NCBI GenBank assembly: GCA_965216755.1
Contig: CBDCGL010000011.1
Coordinates: 1,248,001-1,312,000 of the forward strand
Source of the DNA: Alphaproteobacteria bacterium
GTDB taxonomy: Bacteria > Pseudomonadota > Alphaproteobacteria > UBA7887
DNA length: 64,000 bases
Direction: 5' to 3'
In this document: piece after piece, positions 1 to 8,258 of the stretch
Layout: every line of letters begins with the position of its first letter
Position numbering within the stretch: position 1 is the stretch's first letter
Made by a program: the position numbers and the translations under genes
Notes under the pieces: model-generated
What the model saw: the letters and a program-made list of their open reading frames with translations, nothing else
What the model was told of the DNA's origin: nothing
Database searches by the model: none

Positions 1-214
1 CATCTTGTCGATCGTTGCCAGGTGCCAAGACAAGACATGTGGGTTTGAATTTCTGCAGCACGGCAACAGCTTCTCGACCCTTGTCCGACCGCAGGTCAAC
101 ACCGCACGCCAACAGGTAGGTGTGCCCGCACGCGCGCATGGCATTGCGTACAACCGGCTCAGCGTCGCGTTGTGCCAGGACACAAAAAGCTCTTTCGGGC
201 GTGATTTCGCGCAT
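1..214 (-). CDS. Hypothetical protein, N-terminal part, runs off the window edge
   Basis: Minus-strand frame is open from ATG at 214 (MREITPERAFCVLAQ...) to position 1; no family recognised. Confidence 0.3.
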   Translation of the reverse strand, partial: MREITPERAFCVLAQRDAEPVVRNAMRACGHTYLLACGVDLRSDKGREAVAVLQKFKPTCLVLAPGNDRQD

Positions 215-404
215 TGAACGATCCAACACATGTGTCGACCGTCGCAATTTTCCGCAAATACCCGAGAACACACATGATGCGAAGGCACTATCCGGTGGTT
301 GGATGCGCACGCCATCACGCAAACAACTGATTCATCTTGCTTTTTTCGGGTAACGCGTCAAAATCACCAACGAATTCGGTATCTTTTCGCATTGGAGTTT
401 TCCG

Positions 405-830
405 ATGATCCGGGAGACCTTTGGGAGTTCGCAACCTCGGCGTCCCATGCACGCACCTAGCTGCATTAAATTTCTCCGACAGGGCCTGGCGCCGTTTGCG
501 CTGTTGGCGGCCGCACAAGCGACCCCCGCGCTAGCGGACAATGTCAGCATCGACGTGGCCATCGTGCAGAGGGCGGTGAGTGGCGACGGCAATGTCGTAC
601 GTGTGACCGAGGGGGATAGTGTGACCCTCCAATGGTCCACGGATGAGGCAACTGAGATTCACCTCCACGGCTACAACGTATCGGTCGCCTTGATACCTGG
701 CGAGGTTGGGATCATGACCGTCGACGCGACCGCCACCGGGCGTTTTCCGGTCACATCCCACGGCTTTGAGGGCGCGCATGTCCACGGGGAAGAAGCGACC
801 CTGCTCTATCTTGAGGTCTATCCGGACTGA
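405..830 (+). CDS. Exported cupredoxin-like small protein
   Basis: Signal-peptide-like ALLAAAQATPALA; VRVTEGDSVTLQW..EIHLHGY..GRFPVTSH pattern of small cupredoxin folds; GGAG RBS. Confidence 0.6.
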   Translation: MIRETFGSSQPRRPMHAPSCIKFLRQGLAPFALLAAAQATPALADNVSIDVAIVQRAVSGDGNVVRVTEGDSVTLQWSTDEATEIHLHGYNVSVALIPGEVGIMTVDATATGRFPVTSHGFEGAHVHGEEATLLYLEVYPD

Positions 831-876
831 TCACCGCACGGCAGCCCGATTCACATGGCGCTGCCGAACGGGGCAA

Positions 877-2355
877 GTGATCATTGCTGCCGGCGGGCTG
901 CTTATCGTCACCGCGGCGCCTCTTGAAGCACATGGGTTCGGCCAACGTTACGACCTGCCGCTGCCCTTGCCGCTCTATCTTTGGAGCGCCGGGTTAGCTG
1001 TCGCGCTTTCGTTCGCCATCGCTGCGGTTTTTTTGCGGCGTACTTCTGCGAACACCGCGCGGCCGTCGGCCATTTTGTTGTCGCAGAAGGCTGTCGAAAC
1101 CGGTGCCTGGCGAATTGTTCAAGAGCTTGTCGCAATCATCGGCGTGGCGATTTTTGTCTTGATCATCGCAGCCGGACTGACCGGCAATCAAAGCCCGCTG
1201 CGCAACATTGCACCGGCCACTGTTTGGATCGTTTGGTGGGTCGGGATGGCGTTTATCTGCGCCTTGCTTGGTAATATTTGGCCATTGCTCAACCCATTTG
1301 ACACATTGGCGCGTTGGTTTGGCCCGGCCCGGCAATCGCTTGAAAACGACAGATTCCCGGACTCCGCTAAAGCAGATGCGCTGGGTGCCTGGCCCGCAGT
1401 ATTTCTATTCGCGGTCTTTGCCTGGTTTGAACTTGTTGCGTCGAATAGCGAATCACCATTCGACTTGGCGTTGGCCGCACTCGCATATGGCGTCGTCACG
1501 TGGGCTGGAATGGCTATTGTGGGCCGACGCGCGTGGCTCGCCAGTGGCGAAGCATTCTCGGTGGTGTTCGCGATCTTTGGACGTTTTGCGCCCTTGTCCG
1601 GGCCCGGTTTGCAAATTCGGCCGTACGCCGCTGGGCTTGTGGTCGCCCGCCCGCTGCATCCGTCGCGCATGGTGTTCGTCCTATTGATGCTCGCGACGGT
1701 CAGCTACGACGGGATCATGGAGACGCCACTTTGGAACAACATTGAAGACAGTGTTTTTCGGATGCAAGGGCTGGCACCAGTCTTGTTCACGCTTAGGGAT
1801 TGGACCGGGGATGTGCCGGCCGTTATCCGCACGTTGGGACTGGTTGTCCTGCCGGCGCTATTCGTTCTTGTTTATTTGACGTTCATTTGGGCCATGCGCG
1901 CGCTCACACATGGCGTGGCACCGGTCAACGATGCGCGCGCGCCCGTGGCGGCCTGGCGTGCCTATACGGTCCGCGAACTCGGCGGCCTGTTCGTCTTGTC
2001 TTTGGTTCCCATCGCGATCGCCTACCACTTGGCCCACTACCTTTCTTATCTCTTGATCGCGGGCCAGATGATCATCCCACTTGCGTCGGATCCGTTTGGG
2101 GCAGGTTGGAACCTTTTCGGAACGGCGCGGTATCGCATCGATATCTCAGTCATCAACGCACGCGACGTTTGGTATACGGCGGTCGTCGCGATAGTCATTG
2201 GGCACATCATCGCCGTGTATCTGGCGCACGTTATCGCACTTAAGCTTTATCGCGACCGCTGGCTATCTCTGATTAGTCAGATACCCATCGTCATCTTGAT
2301 GATTGGCTATACAATGGTTAGCTTATGGATATTAGCGCAGCCGATTGTCGAATAA
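877..2355 (+). CDS. Polytopic membrane protein (family often labelled fenitrothion hydrolase FedB-like)
   Basis: AHGFGQRYDLPLPL N-terminal motif, many TM helices, SLVPIAIAYHLAHY motif; start uncertain (ORF open from 766). Confidence 0.6.
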   Translation: MIIAAGGLLIVTAAPLEAHGFGQRYDLPLPLPLYLWSAGLAVALSFAIAAVFLRRTSANTARPSAILLSQKAVETGAWRIVQELVAIIGVAIFVLIIAAGLTGNQSPLRNIAPATVWIVWWVGMAFICALLGNIWPLLNPFDTLARWFGPARQSLENDRFPDSAKADALGAWPAVFLFAVFAWFELVASNSESPFDLALAALAYGVVTWAGMAIVGRRAWLASGEAFSVVFAIFGRFAPLSGPGLQIRPYAAGLVVARPLHPSRMVFVLLMLATVSYDGIMETPLWNNIEDSVFRMQGLAPVLFTLRDWTGDVPAVIRTLGLVVLPALFVLVYLTFIWAMRALTHGVAPVNDARAPVAAWRAYTVRELGGLFVLSLVPIAIAYHLAHYLSYLLIAGQMIIPLASDPFGAGWNLFGTARYRIDISVINARDVWYTAVVAIVIGHIIAVYLAHVIALKLYRDRWLSLISQIPIVILMIGYTMVSLWILAQPIVE

Positions 2356-2357
2356 TG

Positions 2358-3059
2358 TTAAATAAGGCCCATTGACTTGAAAGATGTGTGCCCCTCACGG
2401 CCCACAATCAAATGGTCGTGGAGGGTAATACCAAGTGCGTGGCCAGCTTCGACCAATTTCTTGGTCATGGCGATATCCGCCTCGGATGGCGTTGGATCCC
2501 CACTTGGATGATTGTGGACGACGATTACAGCACTGGCCCCAAGGTCCAGTGCGCGGCGGACGACCTCTCGTGGATAAACCGGCGTTTCATTCACGGTACC
2601 GGTCTGCTGTATTTCATCGGCGATCAGTTTGTTCTTTGTGTCCAGAAACAGAACGCGAAACTGCTCGGTTGTGCTGTACTGCATGGCGGCCTTACAGTAG
2701 CTCAGCAAGGCGTTCCATGAATTGACGATAGGCCGGTCGGAGATTTGATCGCGAAGCGCGCGCTGCATCGCCGCATCGACAACTTTGAGCGCTGTTATGA
2801 CTGTGTCACCGACTCCCGTGAATTCGCGGAGCAGAACCGGATCGGCGCCGATCACGCCGGCGAAATTGCCAAACCGTTCGATCAACTGCTTGGCCAAGGG
2901 TTTAACGTCGCGCCGCGGTACGGCGAGAAACAGCAAGAGTTCAAGGAGTTCGTAATCCGCCAAGGCGTCAGCGCCCGCATTCAAAAAACGCCTGCGCAGC
3001 CGTTCGCGGTGACCCACATGATGAGGGCCACCGGACGAACCTGACGCATCGCGTAGCAT
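2358..3059 (-). CDS. radC: RadC family JAB-domain protein
   Basis: [48 protein letters not shown]. Confidence 0.95.
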   Translation of the reverse strand: MLRDASGSSGGPHHVGHRERLRRRFLNAGADALADYELLELLLFLAVPRRDVKPLAKQLIERFGNFAGVIGADPVLLREFTGVGDTVITALKVVDAAMQRALRDQISDRPIVNSWNALLSYCKAAMQYSTTEQFRVLFLDTKNKLIADEIQQTGTVNETPVYPREVVRRALDLGASAVIVVHNHPSGDPTPSEADIAMTKKLVEAGHALGITLHDHLIVGREGHTSFKSMGLI

Positions 3060-3872
3060 CTATGCGGTCACATAAGGTGGCTGGGTCAGCCCGGCTGGCG
3101 AAAGTGTGAAAATCTCGTGGCCAGTTTCTGTGACGCCAACGGTGTGTTCAAACTGCGCTGATAAGGACCTGTCTTTGGTGACCGCCGTCCATCCGTCATT
3201 GAGCACTTTGACCTCCCACCGACCCAAATTGATCATGGGCTCGACGGTAAACAACATGCCCGGACGGAGCGCCAAGCCCTGGCCCGGTCTGCCGAAATGC
3301 ATGACGCTGGGCGTGTCATGAAATACGCGCCCGATACCATGGCCACAAAAATCGCGAACGACGGCACACCTTTGATTTTCTGCATAACTCTGTATGGCAT
3401 GGCCGATATCGCCCAAGGTAGCGCCCGGCCGGACAGCTTCGATTCCCCGCATCATGGCCTCATAAGTCACTTCGACCAGGCGCGCGGCCCGACGCGGAAC
3501 CTTGCCCAACTGGAACATCCGGCTGGTATCACCGTGCCAGCCGTCCAAGATGACCGTAACGTCGATATTGACGATGTCGCCCTCAAGCAGCTTCTTGTCG
3601 CCAGGAATGCCGTGGCAGACAACATGATTCACCGAAGTGCAAATCGACTTGGGAAAACCACGATAATTCAGCGGCGCCGGGATCGCACCGTGATCAACAA
3701 TAAGATCGTGGCACAGACGATCTAACGTGCCCGTCGTCACGCCAGGCACGACATGCGGGGTAACAAAGTCCAGTACTTCGGCCGCCAGGCGGCCAGCCCG
3801 GCGCATCGCCTCGAACGCATCGGTACCGTGAATTTTGACTTCGGGCTGCCGCGCGCGTTTTCCCTCATACAA
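3060..3872 (-). CDS. map: Methionine aminopeptidase type I
   Basis: FPKSICTSVNHVVCHGIP, DVT..DGWHGDTSRM, GHGIG, FTVEPMIN, SAQFEHT. Confidence 0.97.
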   Translation of the reverse strand: MYEGKRARQPEVKIHGTDAFEAMRRAGRLAAEVLDFVTPHVVPGVTTGTLDRLCHDLIVDHGAIPAPLNYRGFPKSICTSVNHVVCHGIPGDKKLLEGDIVNIDVTVILDGWHGDTSRMFQLGKVPRRAARLVEVTYEAMMRGIEAVRPGATLGDIGHAIQSYAENQRCAVVRDFCGHGIGRVFHDTPSVMHFGRPGQGLALRPGMLFTVEPMINLGRWEVKVLNDGWTAVTKDRSLSAQFEHTVGVTETGHEIFTLSPAGLTQPPYVTA

Positions 3873-3913
3873 ATTTCACACTCCCAATACCTCAATTGCC
3901 AACGTGACGCAGC

Positions 3914-4606
3914 CTACCGAATTGGCAATTGTCGATCCAAGACAATGGCTTCCGTACTTATGGCACAAGAATAGCACACGCTTTCTACCCCGCGCGCCTG
4001 CGCCTCAACAAAGGCGGCGTTGTAAGCGGGGTCGATATCGGCCGCCACACGGAAATCTGTGCAATCCGTACGCTGCACCAAATAAAACAGGACCGCCCGA
4101 TGCCCGGCTGCGACCACATCCATAAGTTCAGCCAAATGCTTGGCCCCGCGCGCGGTTACAGAATCAGGAAATTCGGCACCCGCATCGCGTTTCAAATGCA
4201 CATTCTTGATTTCCACATAGCAACAACCTTTGTCGCCTTCAAGAAGCAGATCGATCCGGGAATTCCGGCCATATTTGACCTCCCGCCGAAGCTTCGGATA
4301 CGCCGCCAGCTGGGTAACCCGCCCCGCCTCGATCGCCTCTGCGACGATGGTATTAGGATGGGTTGTGTTGATACCCACCAAGCCGTCGTCTACGTAGGCG
4401 AGCTCCCACGACCAGCGCAGTTTTCGAGCTGGATTGCGCGCGGGTGAGAGCCATACGCGTATACCGGGTTCATTGAGCCCCAACATACTACCCGGATTGG
4501 CACAATGCGCCGTCACCTCGCGCCCATCATCCAAACGCACGTCGGCAAGGAATCGCTTGTAGCGACGCACAAGGTAGCCGGCGACCAAAGGATCCAAAAA
4601 CTTCAT
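3914..4606 (-). CDS. sfsA: SfsA family DNA/RNA nuclease
   Basis: RYKRFLADV, HCANPGSM, SRIDLLL..YVEIKNV, FPDSVTARGAKHL; start set at MKFLDP. Confidence 0.95.
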   Translation of the reverse strand: MKFLDPLVAGYLVRRYKRFLADVRLDDGREVTAHCANPGSMLGLNEPGIRVWLSPARNPARKLRWSWELAYVDDGLVGINTTHPNTIVAEAIEAGRVTQLAAYPKLRREVKYGRNSRIDLLLEGDKGCCYVEIKNVHLKRDAGAEFPDSVTARGAKHLAELMDVVAAGHRAVLFYLVQRTDCTDFRVAADIDPAYNAAFVEAQARGVESVCYSCAISTEAIVLDRQLPIR

Positions 4607-4754
4607 GGCGCGAACATAGTGAGGCGGCGGCCGGCGGTCCACCGCCTGAACTGCCGCCCCGGCGGGCGTCCGCAATCCGGTGCGGCTTGGGCGCCGCGAT
4701 CGACTCCGCTATGATCGGCGTCCCGTATGAATCGCCGAGAAAGAATTCTCCCTT

Positions 4755-5510
4755 ATGAAGAGTGGTGCGCGTCCGACCGCTTGCGTCTTGATCATTGGTA
4801 ACGAGATATTGTCCGGCCGAACCCAAGACGTGAACTTGAACTACCTCGCGACCCAACTCACGGACATGGGCGTGCGTCTGGCCGAAGCACGGGTCATTCC
4901 CGACGATCGGCACGTGATCATCGAGTCGGTCAATTCGTGTCGGGCGGCGTACGATTACGTGTTCACAACCGGCGGTATCGGACCGACTCACGATGATATT
5001 ACGTCCGAGTGCGTGGCCGCAGCGTTCCGCGTACCGCTGATCCAAAATCAAGACGCACGTGCCTTGTTGGAAACCCAATTCAAACGCATTGGGGCCGAAC
5101 TCAACGAGGCCCGGTTGCGCATGGCCAACACACCGAAAGGCGCGGTTTTGATCGACAATCCCGTCTCTGCGGCGCCCGGCTATCGTATGGGCAACGTGTT
5201 CGTGTTGGCGGGCGTGCCGAAGATCATGCAGGCGATGTTTGAAGGCTGCCGCCGCCATATCGCGGGCGGGCCGCCGATGCTATCGCGCACCGTCGTCGCC
5301 TACCTGCCGGAAGGCACGGTCGCGGCGCCGCTCGGCGCTTTGCAGGCCGAATATGACGATGTCGAGATGGGCAGCTATCCGTTTTATCGGGCCAAGCGAT
5401 TCGGCACCAGTTTGGTGCTGCGCAGCACCGATCGGACACGACTTGATCGCGCAGTCGATGCGCTTATCCGCCTTGTCGACGATCTTGGCGGGGATCCGGA
5501 AACGGAATAG
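4755..5510 (+). CDS. CinA-like molybdopterin-binding (competence/damage-inducible) protein
   Basis: IIGNEILSGRTQDVN, TTGGIGPTHDDIT, LAGVP. Confidence 0.9.
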   Translation: MKSGARPTACVLIIGNEILSGRTQDVNLNYLATQLTDMGVRLAEARVIPDDRHVIIESVNSCRAAYDYVFTTGGIGPTHDDITSECVAAAFRVPLIQNQDARALLETQFKRIGAELNEARLRMANTPKGAVLIDNPVSAAPGYRMGNVFVLAGVPKIMQAMFEGCRRHIAGGPPMLSRTVVAYLPEGTVAAPLGALQAEYDDVEMGSYPFYRAKRFGTSLVLRSTDRTRLDRAVDALIRLVDDLGGDPETE

Positions 5511-5630
5511 CACGGGTGTTCCGACACGGCGCGCGACCCGGTCGCGTGCACTGACAGCACCCCTTTTGCCTTCATATACGTTGCTATATTGTCGCCGCCG
5601 ATGGCTCAGTGGCAGTCCCATTTGAGCATC

Positions 5631-5717
5631 GGCCGCGTGGTGGAATTGGTAGACACAGCAGACTTAAAATCTGCTTCCGTTCGCGGAGTGCCGGTTCGAG
5701 TCCGGCCGCGGCCACCA
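5631..5717 (+). tRNA. tRNA-Leu(TAA)
   Basis: Acceptor stem GGCCGCG/CGCGGCC, D-loop GGAATTGGTAGAC, anticodon arm GCAGA-CTTAAAA-TCTGC, long variable arm, GGTTCGAGTCC T-loop, encoded CCA. Confidence 0.97.
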
Positions 5718-5775
5718 ATAAAATCAATGCGTTAAAGAACAGATTTCGTTGTGGCGATTTTGGGAGCGACAAGCC

Positions 5776-5795
5776 AGTAAGCACATAGTAAGCAC
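5776..5795 (+). repeat. Tandem direct repeat AGTAAGCAC x2 (possible integrase arm-type sites)
   Basis: AGTAAGCAC at 5776 and 5787, about 60 bp after the tRNA. Confidence 0.4.
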
Positions 5796-5863
5796 GGACG
5801 CCGATTTCGCGTGGATTTCGCTCTGACACATTCATGCACTTGTAGACCCTTCACGAGCATCTG

Positions 5864-6214
5864 TTGCATATGCCAGACACACTCGCACGTAGAGGCGTGG
5901 GCAGGGTCACCAACCTCCCCACCCTCGAGCAGGAACTCCACGAACGCCTGATCGAATATGAGGCCCTATCCGCGGCCTGGCCGCGTGGCCGGACTGCCAT
6001 GGAGCGCTATCGGATCGGGAAGCGCCACGAACAAACGTTGGCCCGGATCGCTGAGCTCGAGGCCGCTATCGCCAGCGCCAAGGCCGTGACACTCGAGGAT
6101 GCCGCCGTGCAGCTGCGACGGGTGCTCGCCAGGTTGCATGACGCGTCACTCAAGGCGTTGGTCCTATCGGCGTTGGGGGCTGTCGGTTCGTGTGAGTGTA
6201 GCGGCTGGGTCTAG
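5864..6214 (+). CDS. Hypothetical helical protein
   Basis: 116-aa ORF with helical composition (LARIAELEAAIASAKAVTLEDAAVQLRR); no family recognised. Confidence 0.45.
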   Translation: MHMPDTLARRGVGRVTNLPTLEQELHERLIEYEALSAAWPRGRTAMERYRIGKRHEQTLARIAELEAAIASAKAVTLEDAAVQLRRVLARLHDASLKALVLSALGAVGSCECSGWV

Positions 6215-6312
6215 CGGTCAGATCCCTGACGCTACGTAGGGCATTCCCGCAATTCGGTGCGTGGCCTCGATACTACTATTCGGTCTTCATGAAAATTGGC
6301 TATGTTACTCGT

Positions 6313-7104
6313 GTGACATCAATCGTCGGCATCCAATGTAAAGATGGCATCGTAATCGGTGCGGATAGCTCTGCTACGTTCGGTGGAAGCGGCGGACGGC
6401 TCCGCACGATTGAGCAGCTCACCGAGCGCAAGATCGAGATTATACAGGACCAAGTGATTGTGGCCGGGACCGGGGCGGTTGGGCACGGTCAACGGTTCAT
6501 CGGCGTCGTAAAAGAGCTTTTCACCAATAATCAGTTGGCGAACGCTTCGGCACTGAACATCGCAAAACTGCTTTCTGCGCAGGGAATTAGAGAGTTCGCC
6601 GAAACACATATTTTCGAGCTAGATTATGGTGCCCTAGTAGCATATGTGGCGAGCGGGAAGCCGATCCTATGCGAGCTACCAGGCGGGCCATTGTTGAACC
6701 AGTCGATGCCCACAGCATTTCAGCCGGAGCTTAAGGAGCCAAATGATCTTTGGTTTGTCTCAATGGGCAGCGGGCAATCGATCACCGACTCCTTTCTCGC
6801 CCTTTTCCGTCAGGTGTTTTGGCCCGATGAACCTCCAAATCTGCAAGGAGGAATATTCATGGCACTCTGGGCACTCAGCCACGCTTGCGAGGTTAACCCG
6901 GGCGGCATCAACCGACCGGAACGTATCGCTGTACTCGCGAAAGACGGTGATGAGTTTCGTGCAAAGCTGCTCGACGACGACGAACTTGCCGAACACCGCA
7001 ATCTCGTAAACGACGCCACGAAACACATGCGCGGATTTCGAGACGTCGTCGAAGGGCAGGCCGGAACGAGCGATGTGCCCATGCCCGGCAGGTTAAGCAC
7101 TTAG
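6313..7104 (+). CDS. Proteasome beta-subunit-like Ntn hydrolase
   Basis: GTG start gives (M)TSIVGIQCKDGIVIGADS with Thr1 and Asp17, then RKI (Lys33 equivalent), AGTG and MGSG. Confidence 0.8.
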   Translation: MTSIVGIQCKDGIVIGADSSATFGGSGGRLRTIEQLTERKIEIIQDQVIVAGTGAVGHGQRFIGVVKELFTNNQLANASALNIAKLLSAQGIREFAETHIFELDYGALVAYVASGKPILCELPGGPLLNQSMPTAFQPELKEPNDLWFVSMGSGQSITDSFLALFRQVFWPDEPPNLQGGIFMALWALSHACEVNPGGINRPERIAVLAKDGDEFRAKLLDDDELAEHRNLVNDATKHMRGFRDVVEGQAGTSDVPMPGRLST

Positions 7105-7550
7105 CTTTGGAATACGCTATTCACGCGCATCCGGGGATAGGCTTTGTAAATCGAACCTACGAGTTGCGAAAATGAAAGGCTTTTTATCCAGCCGATAACC
7201 GTTCTCATGTAGTCTTGAACACCAGAGGGTAGCAACCGGAGTTCGGCCTCACCAATCTGTTGTCCCTGCGGAGTAAGTGAGTACCGGCGGCGGCCAGCCA
7301 TTTGATCTGAGCGCTCAACGTTCACCAGCCCCTCGGTGTGTAGGCTTTCAAGTTCGCGGTAAATCGTCTTGTCAAATGGCCCATAGTGATAGGGGACAAA
7401 AGTGAATTTGCGCCCGCCGATCGCATCTGCCACGTTCTCGTCCAACAGGAAAAACAGTTTTTGAACCTGAACAGGCGCAAACGACAGACCCCGACCGGTG
7501 GCGAGCGCCGCAAGCATGAACCGCTTTCGCTCGGATAGCCCAGCCGACAT
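7101..7550 (-). CDS. SocA/Panacea (DUF4065)/YwgA-like winged-helix protein
   Basis: VQKLFFLL...F.FVPYHYGPFD..IY.EL..L...GLV...YSLT..G; GAGGGAGG RBS. Confidence 0.7.
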   Translation of the reverse strand: MSAGLSERKRFMLAALATGRGLSFAPVQVQKLFFLLDENVADAIGGRKFTFVPYHYGPFDKTIYRELESLHTEGLVNVERSDQMAGRRRYSLTPQGQQIGEAELRLLPSGVQDYMRTVIGWIKSLSFSQLVGSIYKAYPRMRVNSVFQS

Positions 7551-7733
7551 AGCCGCCTCCCTCAGATCATGGGCCAGTTTGATACGGCAATTACGAAGAC
7601 TCTGTAAAGGGACGAAACCGTAATAATATGGCCGCCTGGGTTATGGGTAATTGGCAGCCGAATGCGCCTACCAAATTGGCAGAAGTTAGATCGTAAGAGC
7701 GCTTGCCGGTACTCGTTTGGCGGGCTTCCAGAT

Positions 7734-8012
7734 TCACAGTCGGTCAATTCCACCGATTTGATGACAGCTTGCCCGCAGTCGCCGCAGCCACGACCAATTG
7801 TCGCTGGAAAGAATGAGCTTGCCAATGGCAACCCACCAGGCAATCCAAACCAACAGTGCCAATCCTCCTAACATGGGCTGAGGCAGCGGCAGAGTATCCA
7901 ATAGTAGTACCGGCCAAGGGACTATAAAAAGCACGAGAAATGGCAGCCACGTCAGTGCATAAAGGCCCGTACCGACAGCAAACCGTACGATGTTGAACTC
8001 GCAGCCCTGCAT
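7734..8012 (-). CDS. Small two-TM membrane protein
   Basis: GGGAGG RBS before ATG; two hydrophobic segments. Confidence 0.45.
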   Translation of the reverse strand: MQGCEFNIVRFAVGTGLYALTWLPFLVLFIVPWPVLLLDTLPLPQPMLGGLALLVWIAWWVAIGKLILSSDNWSWLRRLRASCHQIGGIDRL

Positions 8013-8067
8013 GGCGCCTCCCTACCATCCGCGTGAATCCGCCCACGAGTTTACACTTCTTCGGAGG

Positions 8068-8090
8068 AAAAGCCCCGCTGAAGCGGGGCC
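8068..8090 (-). terminator. Intrinsic terminator-like hairpin
   Basis: Minus strand reads GCCCCGC-TTCA-GCGGGGC-TTTT. Confidence 0.55.
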
Positions 8091-8258
8091 TTGGTGCTGT
8101 CAGCGTTGTGGGCGGTTGAGGGGAAGGCAGCGCCACGAAATCTGGCGGGGGAATCTTAGCAGGATATAATTGGAGGATCGAAGGCGAGCCATATCACATG
8201 CCTTTGCTCGTCCGTTCCTTCGACTGCATCGCGTAAGTGAGAAAGATCTTGAGATAGA

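Noticed and set aside
2358-3059. RadC JAB domain as a defence-system component
   Set aside because: Full-length chromosomal radC in a housekeeping context next to map
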